DNA of 60,000 nucleotides from the NCBI RefSeq assembly GCF_036321535.1, contig NC_087436.1:121646001-121706000 (forward strand), read 5' to 3'. The notes beneath the pieces are model-generated. The model was given only the letters and a program-made list of their open reading frames with translations. It was not told the origin of the DNA and did not search any database. Positions 25,331 through 38,020 of this stretch are shown in pieces (the first letter of the stretch is position 1; every line of letters begins with the position of its first letter). The position numbers and the translations under genes are program-made. The DNA is from Camelus dromedarius (Eukaryota).

Positions 25331-26457
25331 TACTTTGGCCGCCTCCAGGCCCTGGGCACAGCTTGCAGCACTCGGGGTTCAAGGATTGGCTCAGGGTTTG
25401 GGGAACTCCCTCCTTTCCCCACCCCCGGTCCGCGGGAGAAGAAGGCAGGAGTTGGCTGCTGGTGTGGGCACACCATCTTTGCACCGCACACAACAGGTGC
25501 TCAGTAAATGTAAGTGTCTGTTCCCTGTGTGTGTGTGTCCTGCACAGTGACACCTGGTGGCCCCACTGGAGGAGGTGTTGCCTCCCAACCCACTGATCCT
25601 GATCCTGAGCGAGGAGGCAGCATCCGTCTCTGACCCCATCCCTGCCTCCAGGGTCTGACTCAGGTTAGGAGGCAGGGGCAGGGCATGGGATGACCCCATC
25701 CTCCGTCCCCTTCCTTGCCCCGAACATCTGGCAGAAGGGTGCCCTTGTTTCAGAAGAGCCTCCAGGACATTTTTCAGGCACTTCCAGGCAGTGACACAGC
25801 CCTTGTATCAGGGCTGGACTCCTATGGCCCAGAGGTCTTGTTCCAATACTGGGAGGCCCAGAAAACAAGGTATTTTAAACTTTGTCTCCCAGGGAAGGCC
25901 CCCAATCGAGGCCCTTCCCCACAGCCATAGAGGGGGGTGGGGTGGTACAAGTCCAGCTTTAGCCCCAGATTATCTGGTTTAAAGAGCAGGGGCCTAGGGG
26001 GAAGGGGACCTGTCAGGTCTTGCAGGGGAAGGGGCTTTCTGGGAGGAAATGGTTTCCAGGAGAAAACCCTCAGGGGTGACGTAAGTGGTGGAGATAGAGT
26101 GAAGGTGTTCTAGGGAGAGGGGGCAAGGCCACCAAGCTTGTGAGGGCCTGGAGCCTTCCAGGGAAGGGGTGGAAAGCTTCGGGCATATGAGGAGGGGGAG
26201 GGGAGGTGCATCCCCACAAGGAGTGGGGCTGGGACCCCGGTCCCAGGGCCTAGGAAGCTGTGAGCAGGAAAAGGACAGTATCTGGCTGAGGGCTGCAGGG
26301 GCAGGGGGGAAGGGCAGAAGGCCAGGCCAGCAGAGGCTGGACCTTGTCCAGGGGGAAGCCAAGGTCTGCACCTCTGTGCTAAACTGGACACAAAGGGCCA
26401 GAGTCCAGCAGGGCAGCAATAGGAAGGGCTGGACCAGCTGTCCAGATGGGCAGGGCC

Positions 26458-26540
26458 GGGGGCTGCTCTGGACAGGCAGGGAGGGGGGCTGCTCCGGACA
26501 GGCAGGATGGGGGGCTGCTCTGGACAGGCAGAGTGGGGGG
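26458..26540 (+). repeat. 26-bp tandem repeat, ~3 copies
   Basis: Unit ~gggggctgctctggacaggcagggag; ctgctc recurs at 26463, 26489 and 26515. Confidence 0.9.
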
Positions 26541-28329
26541 TTTCCAGCCGCTGGATTTGGGTTATTCTGAGGCCAAGGTCCCTGAGGAGGCAGCCCCAGG
26601 CTATGGGGATGCCCAGAGTTGCAGCTGGATAGAACTTGGGCCATGTCACTGTCCATCTGTCCCAGAGCTACCCATCAGCAGCACACTGGGGGGCAGAGAA
26701 GGTAACTAGGTGGGCGGTGTAGGTGGGAAAGGCCAGAATCAAGTGGCTGGGGGGTGCCCATGCCCACTGGGAAGAGACAGGACCAAGGCAGGAAGGGGCA
26801 AAGCCGGGGGGGCGTGGGCGGTCAGATGCAAGCAAGGCTATGGGAGGGTATTTAGCCAGCAGGGTCTCAGTTTCCCCATCTGTAAAACTAGGGGGGCATC
26901 TGCTGGAGAAGTGGCAGGAGAAGTCTGACAGGATGAGAAAAAGCAGGGAGCCCAGCACCACAGCCCTTCAGCCGCCAGGGTTGGCTGACCCTCACCACGC
27001 CTGGCCCAGGGCCACCCTAGCTCTGTGACTCCACCCATCCTCAGTGCAGCCCAGCTCTCAGGGGTGGACTTGGACCCAAGAGATCCTGAAACCTGCCCTG
27101 CCACAGAGGCTGTCATGGAGGTGCCTTTAGCACCCCAGGAGGTCACCTCACTCTGGAACAGGGCTCCATGTGAAAGAGGCTCGGTGTTGGCCGAGCCGAG
27201 CCCCTGACTGTGCGCTCACTGCCTCAAGGCTGGACACACGTGCTCCCTGATGCCTGGTTTGGCAGCCCCTGTGCCAGAACCCTGGGCCCCCCGAGATGAT
27301 TCAGGGAACCACCTCCCACTGCAGCCCATGGGAGGGAGCAGGTGCACAAAGTGTCACCATGAGTGACCTCTTAGCAGGTGGGTGGTTGGGGAAGGGGACA
27401 GAGACCAGGAACAGAGACGAGCAAAGCCAGACGTCGGTGCCTCCGGCTGGAGCATGAACCACGGGGCAGGGCAGGCAGGGGCTGGCTTCAGATGCTAAGT
27501 TCTGAGGAGGCAGAGGGCAGACCAGGACAGAGAGGCCTGGTCATTGGGATCACTGAAGACCAGGTGCCCCAGAGAATTAGCCCCCAGGAATGCAAATCCG
27601 CCTCCAAACAGGGAATAAGATGCAGCCTCCACTTTGGAGAGAATCCGACCACTCACATTGCATTGTTCCTGTCCTTGGTCCCCGGCCCAGCCCCAGCTGT
27701 GAGGGAGGGCAGAGGGGACCCTGGTTAGGGCCTCAGGGCAGCTCAGAGCAGCCTCTCAAGCCAGGACCTACAGGAGGCAGAGGCCAAAGGAGCCAGGCAA
27801 CCAGGGTTCCCCTTGGAGCTGGCAGTGAGGAGGGTCTCACCTCTGGAGAGGGTGTGCAGGCAGGCCCAGTGCTGCAGGTGAGCAGAGGTGAGGCAAGGCA
27901 CCCTGGCTGACCAGGGAGCAGGTGGAGAGCCTCTACAGAGCATCCCCATGCTAAAGGCACATAGGTGACACCTCATCTCCACTCCAGAACCAGTCCCCCT
28001 GCCACGCCTACCACTAGGGTAGCCATGGCTGCTGATTTGGTGGCTGCGCCAGGGCCCAGAACATCCAGAGGCAGCTGCAGTCTGGGGGTGGAGGCAGGAC
28101 CTGCGCACCTCGCGCAAAAGACTCAGGCTTTAAGCAGCACCCGCGTGAGCCCTGACCACGCCCTCAGTCACCACCGGCTTCTGCGCTGCCCGTGTCAGGC
28201 TCATGATCCGTGGCCCCCGCACCAGCTCTCCGTGGATGTGCCTGACATCACAGGCTTAACACATCTGCAAGTCAGCACCTCATTTCCCAGCCTTCCGCGT
28301 CTGGGCGGCAACTGCAAGGCCACTCTTGC

Positions 28330-28970
28330 TGAGGGGCCTCTTGCCTGCATCTCGGTCTGGAAGCCCCGGTGGCTCTGAAGTTCACCTGGGACTCTGCCCT
28401 TCCAGGACCCTCCCTGCCCCATCCTCCCCTATCTGCTCTCTGGCTCCTGTCCTTGCCTGGCAGGGTCCTTGGTCACATGAGAGGGATCCAATCCCAACAT
28501 CAGACCATGTCACTTGTCCACTCTGGACCCGAGTCCTCCCCACGGGCACACGCCTGTGCAGTCCCTCTCTCCCCTCTCTGAGCTCTTCCCTCTCTGATCC
28601 CCAGGTCCCCACTCCATTGGCCCCACTAGCCACCTGGCTGCTCCTCCAGGGCCAGGCACCACCTGCTTAGGGCCTTGGTGCTCACTGTCCCCTCCTCCTG
28701 GATCACTCTTACCCCGGATTTGTGTGTGGCCCACCTCCTCAATTCCCTTGGTCTCTGTTTCAGCATCACTCTTGACACAGTCCTCTCCTCAATCCTCTGC
28801 TCAAAGCTGTCCACCGTCCTCGTGCTCCCTCCCTCCCCTGCCTGCCTTTCAACCCCTCTATCTTTGTATTTGTTATGGTCGGACGCCCTCTGTTCTGTCA
28901 TCTCACAAGGCCAGAACCACACTTGCCGAGTCGCTGTGCCTTCCTGGCACAGAGTAGATGCGCAGTGAGT
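28330..28970 (+). mobile_element. LINE-2 3' fragment (old)
   Basis: Pyrimidine-rich sequence, cttagggccttggtgctcactgtcccctcctcctgga..., ending in cctggcacagagtagatgcgcagt, typical of L2 3' ends. Confidence 0.6.
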
Positions 28971-31848
28971 GGCTGAGGAAGGACTAGACAAAGGCCTTAA
29001 GGGGCGGCCCGAGGGAAGGGGCAGGCATAGCAGAGCTGCCCACCTGGGTCCCACGTCCAGAGGACCCTGGAAGCTTCAATCTTCTCGTCCATCCAACAAC
29101 CCCAGGAGTGGCCCCGTGGTCTTACCAAGCACCTCCTCACCAGGCTGCCTGGGGGGAGAGAGAAGGGGGCCTGGTACACGTTGGCAGGCCGCTCCTGGGC
29201 AGGGCCAAGGCTCAGGACTGCACCACTGTACCCTCTGGCAGCTTGCCTGCCCAGCTGGACAGCAGGGAACAAGTTTCCTCCCCACCGCAGCCCCTCCAGG
29301 GGGACGCCTTTTGGCGCTGCCCTGGGCAGGGACTCTGGCCACACCACCCAGCCGGCAAGGGAGGGGACTGAGACTGAGGGGGTGCTGGCTGCTGGGCTGT
29401 GGGGAAGCCAGGGGAGGGTGCTCCGGTGGCTCTGAGGACAGGACCTGGGGCTGGGACCTCTTCCAGGGGACTAACAGTGCGTGCTGTGGTAAAGAGGACA
29501 GGTGGGGCAGGAGCTGTTCGTCTTGGGCTCCAGCCAGTCCAGAGCCCCGGGCCTGGCCCCAGTGCTCTCTTGTGGCGCCTTGCCTGGGTGGGAGCTGGGG
29601 GTGTTCTTCCCATTGCTGGAACCCAGGGGAGAGCAGCAGACGGAGCGCCAGGGCCAGAGTGGGCAGGGGAGGGTGGCTGCCAGGACGCCTGTGTGCTGGG
29701 CTAGCTTTGGAGAGTCTGGTCGACTCCAAGCCAGAGCGCCTGCAGCTGGCTTCCCCTCTGCCCCGCCCTCTTGCACCCCTCCCAGGACAGCCAGCTCAGG
29801 ATCACTACCCCATGAGGCCTCCCAACCCCCCAACACGACTGCTCAGACGCTCACCTACGTCCGAGCCTCAGCCACCATGCGGCACAGGACTCGCTGGACT
29901 TCCTCACGCCCCACCTCAGTCTGGGCTCCTGGGGACAGGGTCCTGGCCATCAGTTCTGGGTCCCAGGACAGAGCCCTGCCTAGAGGGTGGCCCCCATCTG
30001 TGGACCTCTGGCCACGTTGCCCGCTTTCAGCACCTCCTGCCCCATGCAAGCCTGGCCTGAGTGCAGGCCAGCTGGAGCGTGCAGGTGGACGTAATCAGAG
30101 GCACCTCTCTGGGACGCTGGGCCTGAGCAGGCCCTGACCACCTAGGAGGGCTCTCCCAGCAGGGACACAGCCTGTGCAAAGGCCTGGGCAGGAGGAAAAT
30201 GGAGTCGTGGGCTGTAAAGCCAACTCAAGGGCCAGCCAGCGCCCTCTTGCCCAGTGGGCTGCACCCTGACGCCGGCCTCATCGGCACCCCAGCCTGCATC
30301 AGTTGCTGCCTTCAACCTCTGAGAGGTTTGTTTGGGTAAATTTTCTGCATAATGGTGTCAGGCAGGCCCCACTGGGAAATTCTATTTAAAACACCAGCCC
30401 CCGCAGGTGGAGGGCACGGGCCCACGCAGACACCATGTTTCTATTTTTATATCCAAACTTGCCTGCCCTCAGCCCCCGGAGCCCAATTTGGAACTTGAAA
30501 GAGACCCATTCTATTCTGAGTCCTGCTTCCGCCCTGCTAGTGTGGAGGAGGTGGGTGTTTGTACACACGGAGCCTTCTCCACCCTCCTCCCTCCCACACT
30601 CTCCCTCCTGGCAGCCCCTGTCCCCTGTAGGCCATGTGACCCTCCAGGAAGGTACTGGGCTTGGGAGGTGAAGGCCTCACATCACCCCCAGGGGGGCCCC
30701 AACCACCACCCCAGCCCAGGGTCTGGGGGCAGCGGGCTCTTCCCTGGCCAGCGCTGGACACTGGGATGAGGTGCATGAGACCAGAGAGGGCGAGGTGGCC
30801 TGTGCAGTTGTGAAGCCCTCCTGGACCAGAGGCGGGAGGAATGAGGTTAAGCCTAGGAGACTCCCCGGAGGAGAAGGGACCCCCCCCGGAGGGACTCGGC
30901 TCCCCCAGGCCTACCCCCCCCCCCCAGCAAGGCCGGCCGCCTCAGCGGGAGTGAATGCGGGATTGCTCCACCAGGCTCCCAGAGCTCCGTGCCTGGCCAG
31001 GCCTCTCTCAGGTTCTGGGAGGGTCTTGTCAGATCTTTGGCCGCCTGGCCAGCCCAGGGCCCCAAGGAACCACTCCCTTCCCACTTCCACTGATCCATCC
31101 TCAAGTGTGGTCTTGGCCTTGATTCCACTCTGGTGGGTCCCCAGAACCATGACGGGCCACGTGAAGACCCCCTGCTGCTGCCTGGGGTCAACTCCCAATC
31201 AAATGTACCCTCCTCTGGCCCGTCAGTCCAACTCATGAATTGCACCCTGACCCCATGATGACCTCCTGTGCTTGCATCCCCACCCAGGCTGAGTGTCCCT
31301 GGCTCAGGACCCAGAGTGGCGCCCACCATGGGAGATCAGAACGGCTCAGGTCCAGCACGCCCGGCTTCTGAGCCCCCTGCCGGCAAGCCCTTCCTGACAG
31401 TGGGCAGGGCTGGGAGAAGATGAACAGTGAACCAAGCAGTTCCCCGTTCAGGGATGGCTATGGGATCGAAGGGGAGGAAGCCTTGGGTGTCTTGGGGAAG
31501 GGGCAGAGTCTGCCTGACAAGGATGCCAAGAGCAGAGAGGTTTCTGTCTCACCAGGGAGCTGGGATCAGCCCGTGAGGAAGGCCAGGGGGAGGGGGAGGC
31601 TTGCTGGAGGCCTGGCTGAACAGGGCCCCGTTCTGGGGGGCACACCCATGGCCTTCCCTGGGGCCGAGAAGTGAACCTCTCTTGGCGGGGCTGGGTTCTA
31701 TGCCCAGGAAGTCTGGCAGCAGGGCCTGTGTGCAGCTCCCACAGAATCACACGGAAACACAAAGTTGCCTTCTTTCTCTTTCTGCTTCATACTGCAAAAA
31801 CTTAAGAGCAAAGTCATGTCTGCTTACCTCAACTCGTTTTTCCTTCAA

Positions 31849-31955
31849 TTTTTTTGGTGGGGGAGGTAATTAGGTTTCTTGCTTTTCTTTCTTTAACGGA
31901 GGACTGGGGATTGAACGTGCCTGCATGCACTCTACCACAGAGCCATACCCTCCCA
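31849..31955 (-). mobile_element. Vic-1-type camelid tRNA-derived SINE (internally deleted)
   Basis: Reverse complement reads gggagggtatggctctgtggtagagtgcatg...gttcaatccccagtcctcc...aaacctaattacctcccc. Confidence 0.85.
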
Positions 31956-32029
31956 GCCTCCACTGGTTTGTAAATATTTGTAAATGGTTGGCCAGGAATG
32001 CCGTGCGTGAATGCCTGGCTAATCATTAG

Positions 32030-32540
32030 ACGGAGAAAGAGACCCTGCCTCCCATTTCACACCGAAGTAAGTTTCAGCCAGATCAAAGACTTGGAATGTG
32101 AAAAACAACGCAAAAAAAAAAAAACAAACAGAACATAAAAAGAAAATGTAGACGCTTGTGTCCTGTGGAGATGAGACAGGCTTTCTGGGTGCGAAACCAA
32201 AGGTAAAATGACCAGCTTTGGAGTAGATAGAGGAAAGAGCCAGTAGATACGGCCACATAGAAGTAGCCCCCAAAAGGCGGGTATCAGGACACCACAAACA
32301 GAATTGAGAGGACGCCGACGACCTGGGAAGGAATACGTGCAAAACGCGTGAAGCAACAAGGGGTCAACACAAAAAGCGTTTTTACAAGTTATTTACAAGT
32401 TTCTACCTTTAGTTGAAAATGGGCACAAATAGCAATTCATGAAGAAGAACTAACTATACGTGACCAATAAGACAAGTTTAAACCCATTCTATCTCCCTAG
32501 TAATTAATTAGATACAAATGAGAACAATGAGGTAGCATCT
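32030..32540 (+). mobile_element. Old L1 (L1M-type) ORF2 3' fragment
   Basis: cagatcaaagacttggaatgtgaaaaa and gaaaatgggcacaaatagcaattcatgaagaaga; A-rich. Confidence 0.6.
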
Positions 32541-32799
32541 TTTGCTTTTTAAAGATAAAGCTTTCACGTGGCACCCCAGTATCCAACAGCAAGTAAAAGC
32601 GGCATTTTGTCTCTACACCTGCATGTATTTACCTGTTATAAGGAGAATCTATATTTACTCTTTCCAGGGCGGCACAAAAATGAGTTGATCCTGAGGCACA
32701 AGTTCACATCCCACCTGTTTACCAACAAGGTAAAACTGGGCGTGTAACTCAATAGTGTGTGTTTTTAATTTAGTTTCTACTCATTATCCGAGTTATGCA

Positions 32800-34450
32800 T
32801 GCATGTAATTTAAACAGTGAGTTTTACAAGGCTTCTCACAAAACACCACAGTCCCCTGCACCTCATTTTCCATCGCAACTTTTAACTCAGTCTTTTGGTT
32901 TCACCTCTGTATCCCCAAACCACACGCTTAGACTGCAACTTCCTGACCTCCAGTATCATCCTACCAGCATCTTGTTTTGATCAACAGTCATGGTTGACAT
33001 CATTATGATCTGACACGGACTCTGTTCGTGTCTGAGCCGCACAATGTACGCAGCATGGCAACTTTTCCTTTCTTGCTCAACTTCTCGTTTTCCCTGGAGT
33101 TAGTGTCATATTTTAATTTTGCTTCATTCTCATTTCTTACTCAACTCCAAATTCTGCCAAGTGTCCACATCTGCCCCAAGTCACCCGGTGTCTCAGGTGT
33201 ATCACCTCGAAATAGACTCAGTTCTAAGCTGGGCACAGCCTGCACGCTGGGAACTGCCTCACCAGCACCCTGAAGTCCCCGACGTCCTCTCCGCGGCTGG
33301 ATCCCCTGCTTCCTGCATCCCACGACTTCCTCTTTCTTGCTTTCCTCCCTCTGTTTGGTGGAGCATACCAAGTAGCTTCCTGAGAAAGGGTGCAGGCACA
33401 TAAATTTTTTGAGGCCTTATCATTCTGAAAATATCTTTCCTTTACCCTCACTCTTGATTCACAGTTTTGTTAGTGGACAGAAGGACCCCAAATTGGACAG
33501 CCCACCGGTAGTCCAATCACCTTTTGTTATTGGCTCTCTCCTCCCGTGGAGTTCAGCCCTAAAACAGAAACCTGGGTGGGAAAAGAGAACAGAGAAAGAG
33601 ATACGAGTATGTCCTTGGGATCGATGGAGCAGGTGTAGAACACAGAACGTCCACTTGTAGGGCTTTGACCTTGGAGCCAGCCGTGGGATATGAGAAACAA
33701 TCTTTTTTTTTTAACAGCCTGGCACTTTCGTTCCCTTGTTGTTAATCAGCCAGGATCCGTGAGCCTGCCTCATCACCTCTCTCAGTTTGGCTGAGCATCG
33801 AATTCTGGCTTGGAAAGCATTTAACTTCAGAACTGAGAGATTTTGTCCGTTGTCTCCCAGCTTCGAGAAGTCTGAATCCAGTCTGATCCTAGTCATTTGT
33901 ATGTCACCTGCTGTTTCTCTCTGGATGCTTCTGGGATCTTTTCTTGTCTCTTTGTCTCTAGTACTCTGAAATTCCCTTTTGATGTGCATCTATTTTCATG
34001 CTTGGACCTGAGTGTTCAGTGGATCCTTTCAATCTGGAAACTCAGGTTTAATTTCTGTGAAACTTTCCAAATTTCTTTGACTATTTTCTGCCCTCCTATT
34101 CTCTTTCTAGAACTCCTGCTATGTTGATATCAGATCTCCTAGACCTGTTCTCTAATACTTTCCTCTCCTTTTTCTCCCTTACTTTCAACTTCCCCCCCAA
34201 CTTTTTGCTCTACTTTCTGCAAGATTTCCACAATCTTGTCTTCTAACCCTTCTACTGAGTGTTCTAGTTCCATGATTATATGTTTAATTTCCAGGAGCTC
34301 CTTCTAGTCTGTAAGCGTTCCTTCTTTATAGTGCCCAGTTCTTGTTTCATGAATACATTTTCCTTTGTCTTCCTGAGGATGTTAATGAGGGTTTTTCTAA
34401 GTCATCTGTTTCCTCCCAGTTGCCCTTTTCCTGTTTGTTTTGCTTCAGTC
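32800..34450 (-). mobile_element. Old L1 (L1M-type) 5'/ORF1-region fragments
   Basis: T-rich, e.g. gaattctggcttggaaagc...gagaagtctgaatccagtctgatcc and tggatcctttcaatctggaaactca. Confidence 0.6.
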
Positions 34451-35282
34451 TTCCACATTACAGGGGTCCCTCGGACGTCTGGTCCTCCTGGCTGGCTGCT
34501 CAGCCTGGAGAGTGGAACTTGTGAGCAAGGCTTGTTGACTGTGAGCTTTACCATGCAGTGATTGGCAGGAAACAGCCTTTAGGGTCTCCTTGCTGATCAG
34601 ATTCTCCCATATCCTACCCAGAGGGGAGACCCAGTCTCCAGGGTTCCAGCGTGGGTGGGTGGGATATGGCTAGGGACTCAGCATTATGTAAATGTGGACT
34701 GGACCCCCCCACCTGCTCCAGGCCTGATGTCCCCAGTCCAGAGAAGCCAGGCAAGATGCCTGCAGTGTGTGACCTGGTGGGGGACGTCCAGATGCCCAGC
34801 TGTGGGTGGGGGCTGGGGGAAGACCTGGTTCTCTGCTATGTTTCCAGCCAGCCCTGCTTATTTTAGCTCCACTTCACTCACACTTCTAGAGGCCTCCGGG
34901 GCCATCAGTTCTGAGTCTTTTAGAGAGGAGTGTGAGGCGCTGGGGTCATGGGGACACAGGGGGGGTCCTGCCTCTATCCCGGGCCACCAAGGCTGGAGTT
35001 AGTCTCTCCCTCTGAGCCCCATCTTCCCACATGCTCAGTGAGGACTGCATTTTCCTGGGCTTTTCCCACATGAAGGGACTTTGCACCCAGGGAGGAGCAT
35101 CCCGGGAGTGTCCGCAAACACCTGAGGCGCCCAGCAGGCTGTGACCTGACTCACCACGCTAGAAGCTGCCCTCCTGGGCTTGTTTGCCCTTGGCAGTCTC
35201 TGCTGCAAAACCTCTTTGCTAAAAATAACTCCAATCAGCCTTAAGCTTTGACATCAAACGTCTTAACTCACAGATAATACTT

Positions 35283-36461
35283 TTTTTTTTCATTGAAGTA
35301 TAGCTGATTCATAATGTGTTAGTTTCTGGTCTACAGCAGAGTGATTCAGTTATACACATATATATTCTTTTCCATTATAGATTACTGCAAGATATTGAAT
35401 GTAGTTCCCTGTGCTATACAGTAGGACCTTGCTGTTTATTTTGTATACGGTAGTTTATATCTGCTAATCCCAAACTCCTAATTTTTCCCTCCTCCCTTCC
35501 CCTTTGGCAACCATAAGTTTGTTTTCTGTGTCTGTGATCCTGTTTCTATTTTGTAAATAAGTTCAATTCTGTCTTTTTTTTAGATTCCACATTTAAATGA
35601 TACCATACAATATTTGTCTTTCTCTGATTTAGTATGATAATCTCTAGGTCCATCCATGTTGCTGCAAATGGCATTATTTCATTCTTTTTTATGGCTGAGT
35701 AGTATTCCTCTCTGTGTGTGTCTGTGTGTGTATACTACAACTTCTTTATCTAGTCATCTGTTGATGTACACTTAGCTTGCTTCCATGTCTTGGCTATAAA
35801 TAGTGCTGCTATGAACATTGGGGTGTATGTATCTTTTCAAATTAGAGTTTTCTCCGGATATATGCCCAGGAGTTGGATTGCTGGATCATATGGTAAATCT
35901 ATTTTTAGTTTTTTAAGGACCCTCCATACTGTTTCCACAGTGGCTGCGCCAATTTACATTCCTACCAACAGAGTAGGAAGGTTCCCTTTTCTCCACACCC
36001 TCTCCAGCATTTATAGTTTGTGGACATTTTAATGATGGCTAGTCTGATGGGAGTGAGGTGATACCTCATTGTAGTTTTGATTTGCATTTCTCTGATAATT
36101 AGTAAGACTGAGCATCTTTTCATGTGCCTATTGGCCATCTGTATGTCTTCTTTGGAGAAATGTCTTTTTAGGTCTTCTGTCCATTTTTTGACTGAGATGT
36201 TTGTTTTTTGTTATTGAGTTGTATGAGCTGTTTGTATATTCCGGAAGTTAAGCCCTTGTCAGCTGCATCGTTTGCAAATATTTTCCTCCCATTCCATAGG
36301 TTGTCTTTTCATTTTGCTTATGGTTTCTTCTGCTCTGCAAAAGCTTGTAAGTTTGATTAAGTCCCATTTGTTTATTTTTGCTTTTATTCCTATTGCCTTG
36401 GTAGACTGGTAGGAGAATATTGTTGCAATTTATGTTAGAGAATGTTTTGCCTATGTTCTTG
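35283..36461 (-). mobile_element. 5'-truncated artiodactyl-type L1 (ORF2 end + 3'UTR)
   Basis: Poly-T followed by attgaagtatagctgatt...; target-site duplication cagataatactt (35271-35282) / cagataacactt (36462-36473). Confidence 0.93.
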
Positions 36462-37761
36462 CAGATAACACTTATGCCGTCACTCAACACCTGAGTTGAC
36501 AGGTAACAGCTTGGTTATCAGCTGACACCTCAAATATCAGCCAACACCCTCACTGATAGCCAAGAAGGAGGTTCTGTCTGGTTATGAAATATAGTTACTC
36601 CCCTGTGTGTGTGAGTGGGTGGCTCCTGGGAGGAGGAAAGTGGCTCCAATAAAGAAGGAGGCACCAAAGACCCAAGAGCCACCATCACCATGTAGCCCAG
36701 GGACCGTGAGGCTGGGGGCTCTGGCGAGCATCACCCTCACAAGTGAGGTCACCTCCAGCTTACGGGCACACCACCTTCATCAAGATGAAATGGCCTTTCT
36801 GGGAGCAGAGACCACTAGCCACACTGTGGGCACTTGACGCAAATGTGTTTCATAAATGATAAAAGCAGCTGCACACGGCTACTCTCCATTGAACAGATGC
36901 AAACACTGAGGCCAGAGAGGGGAGAGATTTGTCAAGGCCCCCGCCCCGGGCTGCACTGGTTTCCTGCCCTGCCCATCCTCAGCTGCCATGCTCCATACTC
37001 ACCACCACTGGAGGCTGCCAAAATTGCCCAGCCTGCAGGTGCCCCCACCGGGGTCCTCACTCCTTCTCCTGGCCCTGGGGACCCTGGCTGGGAGAGCCCT
37101 GCCTTGTTGACCCCTTTAGAAGACTCCTACTTCCAGGGCTGGAAAAGCAGATTGAGGGTCCCAAGAGTTGGTCCATGGCAGACCCCTCTTTCCTATAGGA
37201 AGGCTTAGAATCTCCTTGAATCCTCTCCAGGGCTAGAGGGCCTGGCAAGAAGCCCTAGCACTAAATATGTCTGGGAAATGGAGCAAGATGGAGAAAAATG
37301 GTGTTCCCAGAGGGGCTCTCAGTGGGCAGGAGCAGGTTAGGAGGAGGCCTGGGAGGAAGGCGGCAGGAGGGGGCAAGCCACACCTCCACTTGGCTATTCC
37401 CCTAGAGCTGGGGTGGGGGGACAGGGGTGCTATCACGCAGGCTGGACAGGACATTCCTGCAGGGGCCACTGGAGCCTGCCTGAGCTCTAGGGACTGGCAA
37501 GGGTCCAGATCCTCTCCTGGCCCCACACCCCCCACTGGGGTCCCAGCTCAGCCTCATCAAGTCATTTGTTCACAAGTGCATACCACACACATTTACTGAG
37601 CACCTAAACCTTCATTCATTTTGCTGAGGGCCTCCCGCAGTGAGCTGGCTGCCAAGGTGGCTGCCCCACACCCCACTCCCCCGTCCCAGGCCTACCCCTT
37701 GCTCAGGCCTATGGCCCCAGGGCCTCCTCCAATTTCTGCCTCACCACCCTCTAGTCTGCAT

Positions 37762-38020
37762 GTGTTTCCCATGCCTGCTGTAACAATTACGTCAAACTCA
37801 GTGACTGAAAACAACACAAATTTATTATCTTACAGTTCTGGAGGGCAGAAGTCTGACATGGGTCCCACTGGGCTGAAACCAAGGTGTCTGCAGGGCTGCA
37901 TTCCTCTGGAGGCTCTGAGGGGAGAAAGCGTTGCCTGGCCTTTCCCAGAGCCTAGAGGCTGCCCCACCCTTGGCCGTAGCCTCTCCCTGCATCCTGAAAG
38001 CCAGCAACAGCAGGTGAAGC
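37762..38020 (-). mobile_element. MaLR MLT1-type LTR fragment
   Basis: gctgtaacaattac...aaacaacacaaatttattatcttacagttctggagggcagaagtctgacatggg. Confidence 0.85.

Noticed and set aside
24672..25550. 292-aa ORF across the distal CpG island
   Set aside because: Pro/Ala/Arg-rich CpG-island artefact, antisense to SH3BP2.
28969..30060. 363-aa plus-strand ORF
   Set aside because: GTG start, no recognisable domain, composition typical of random GC-rich DNA.
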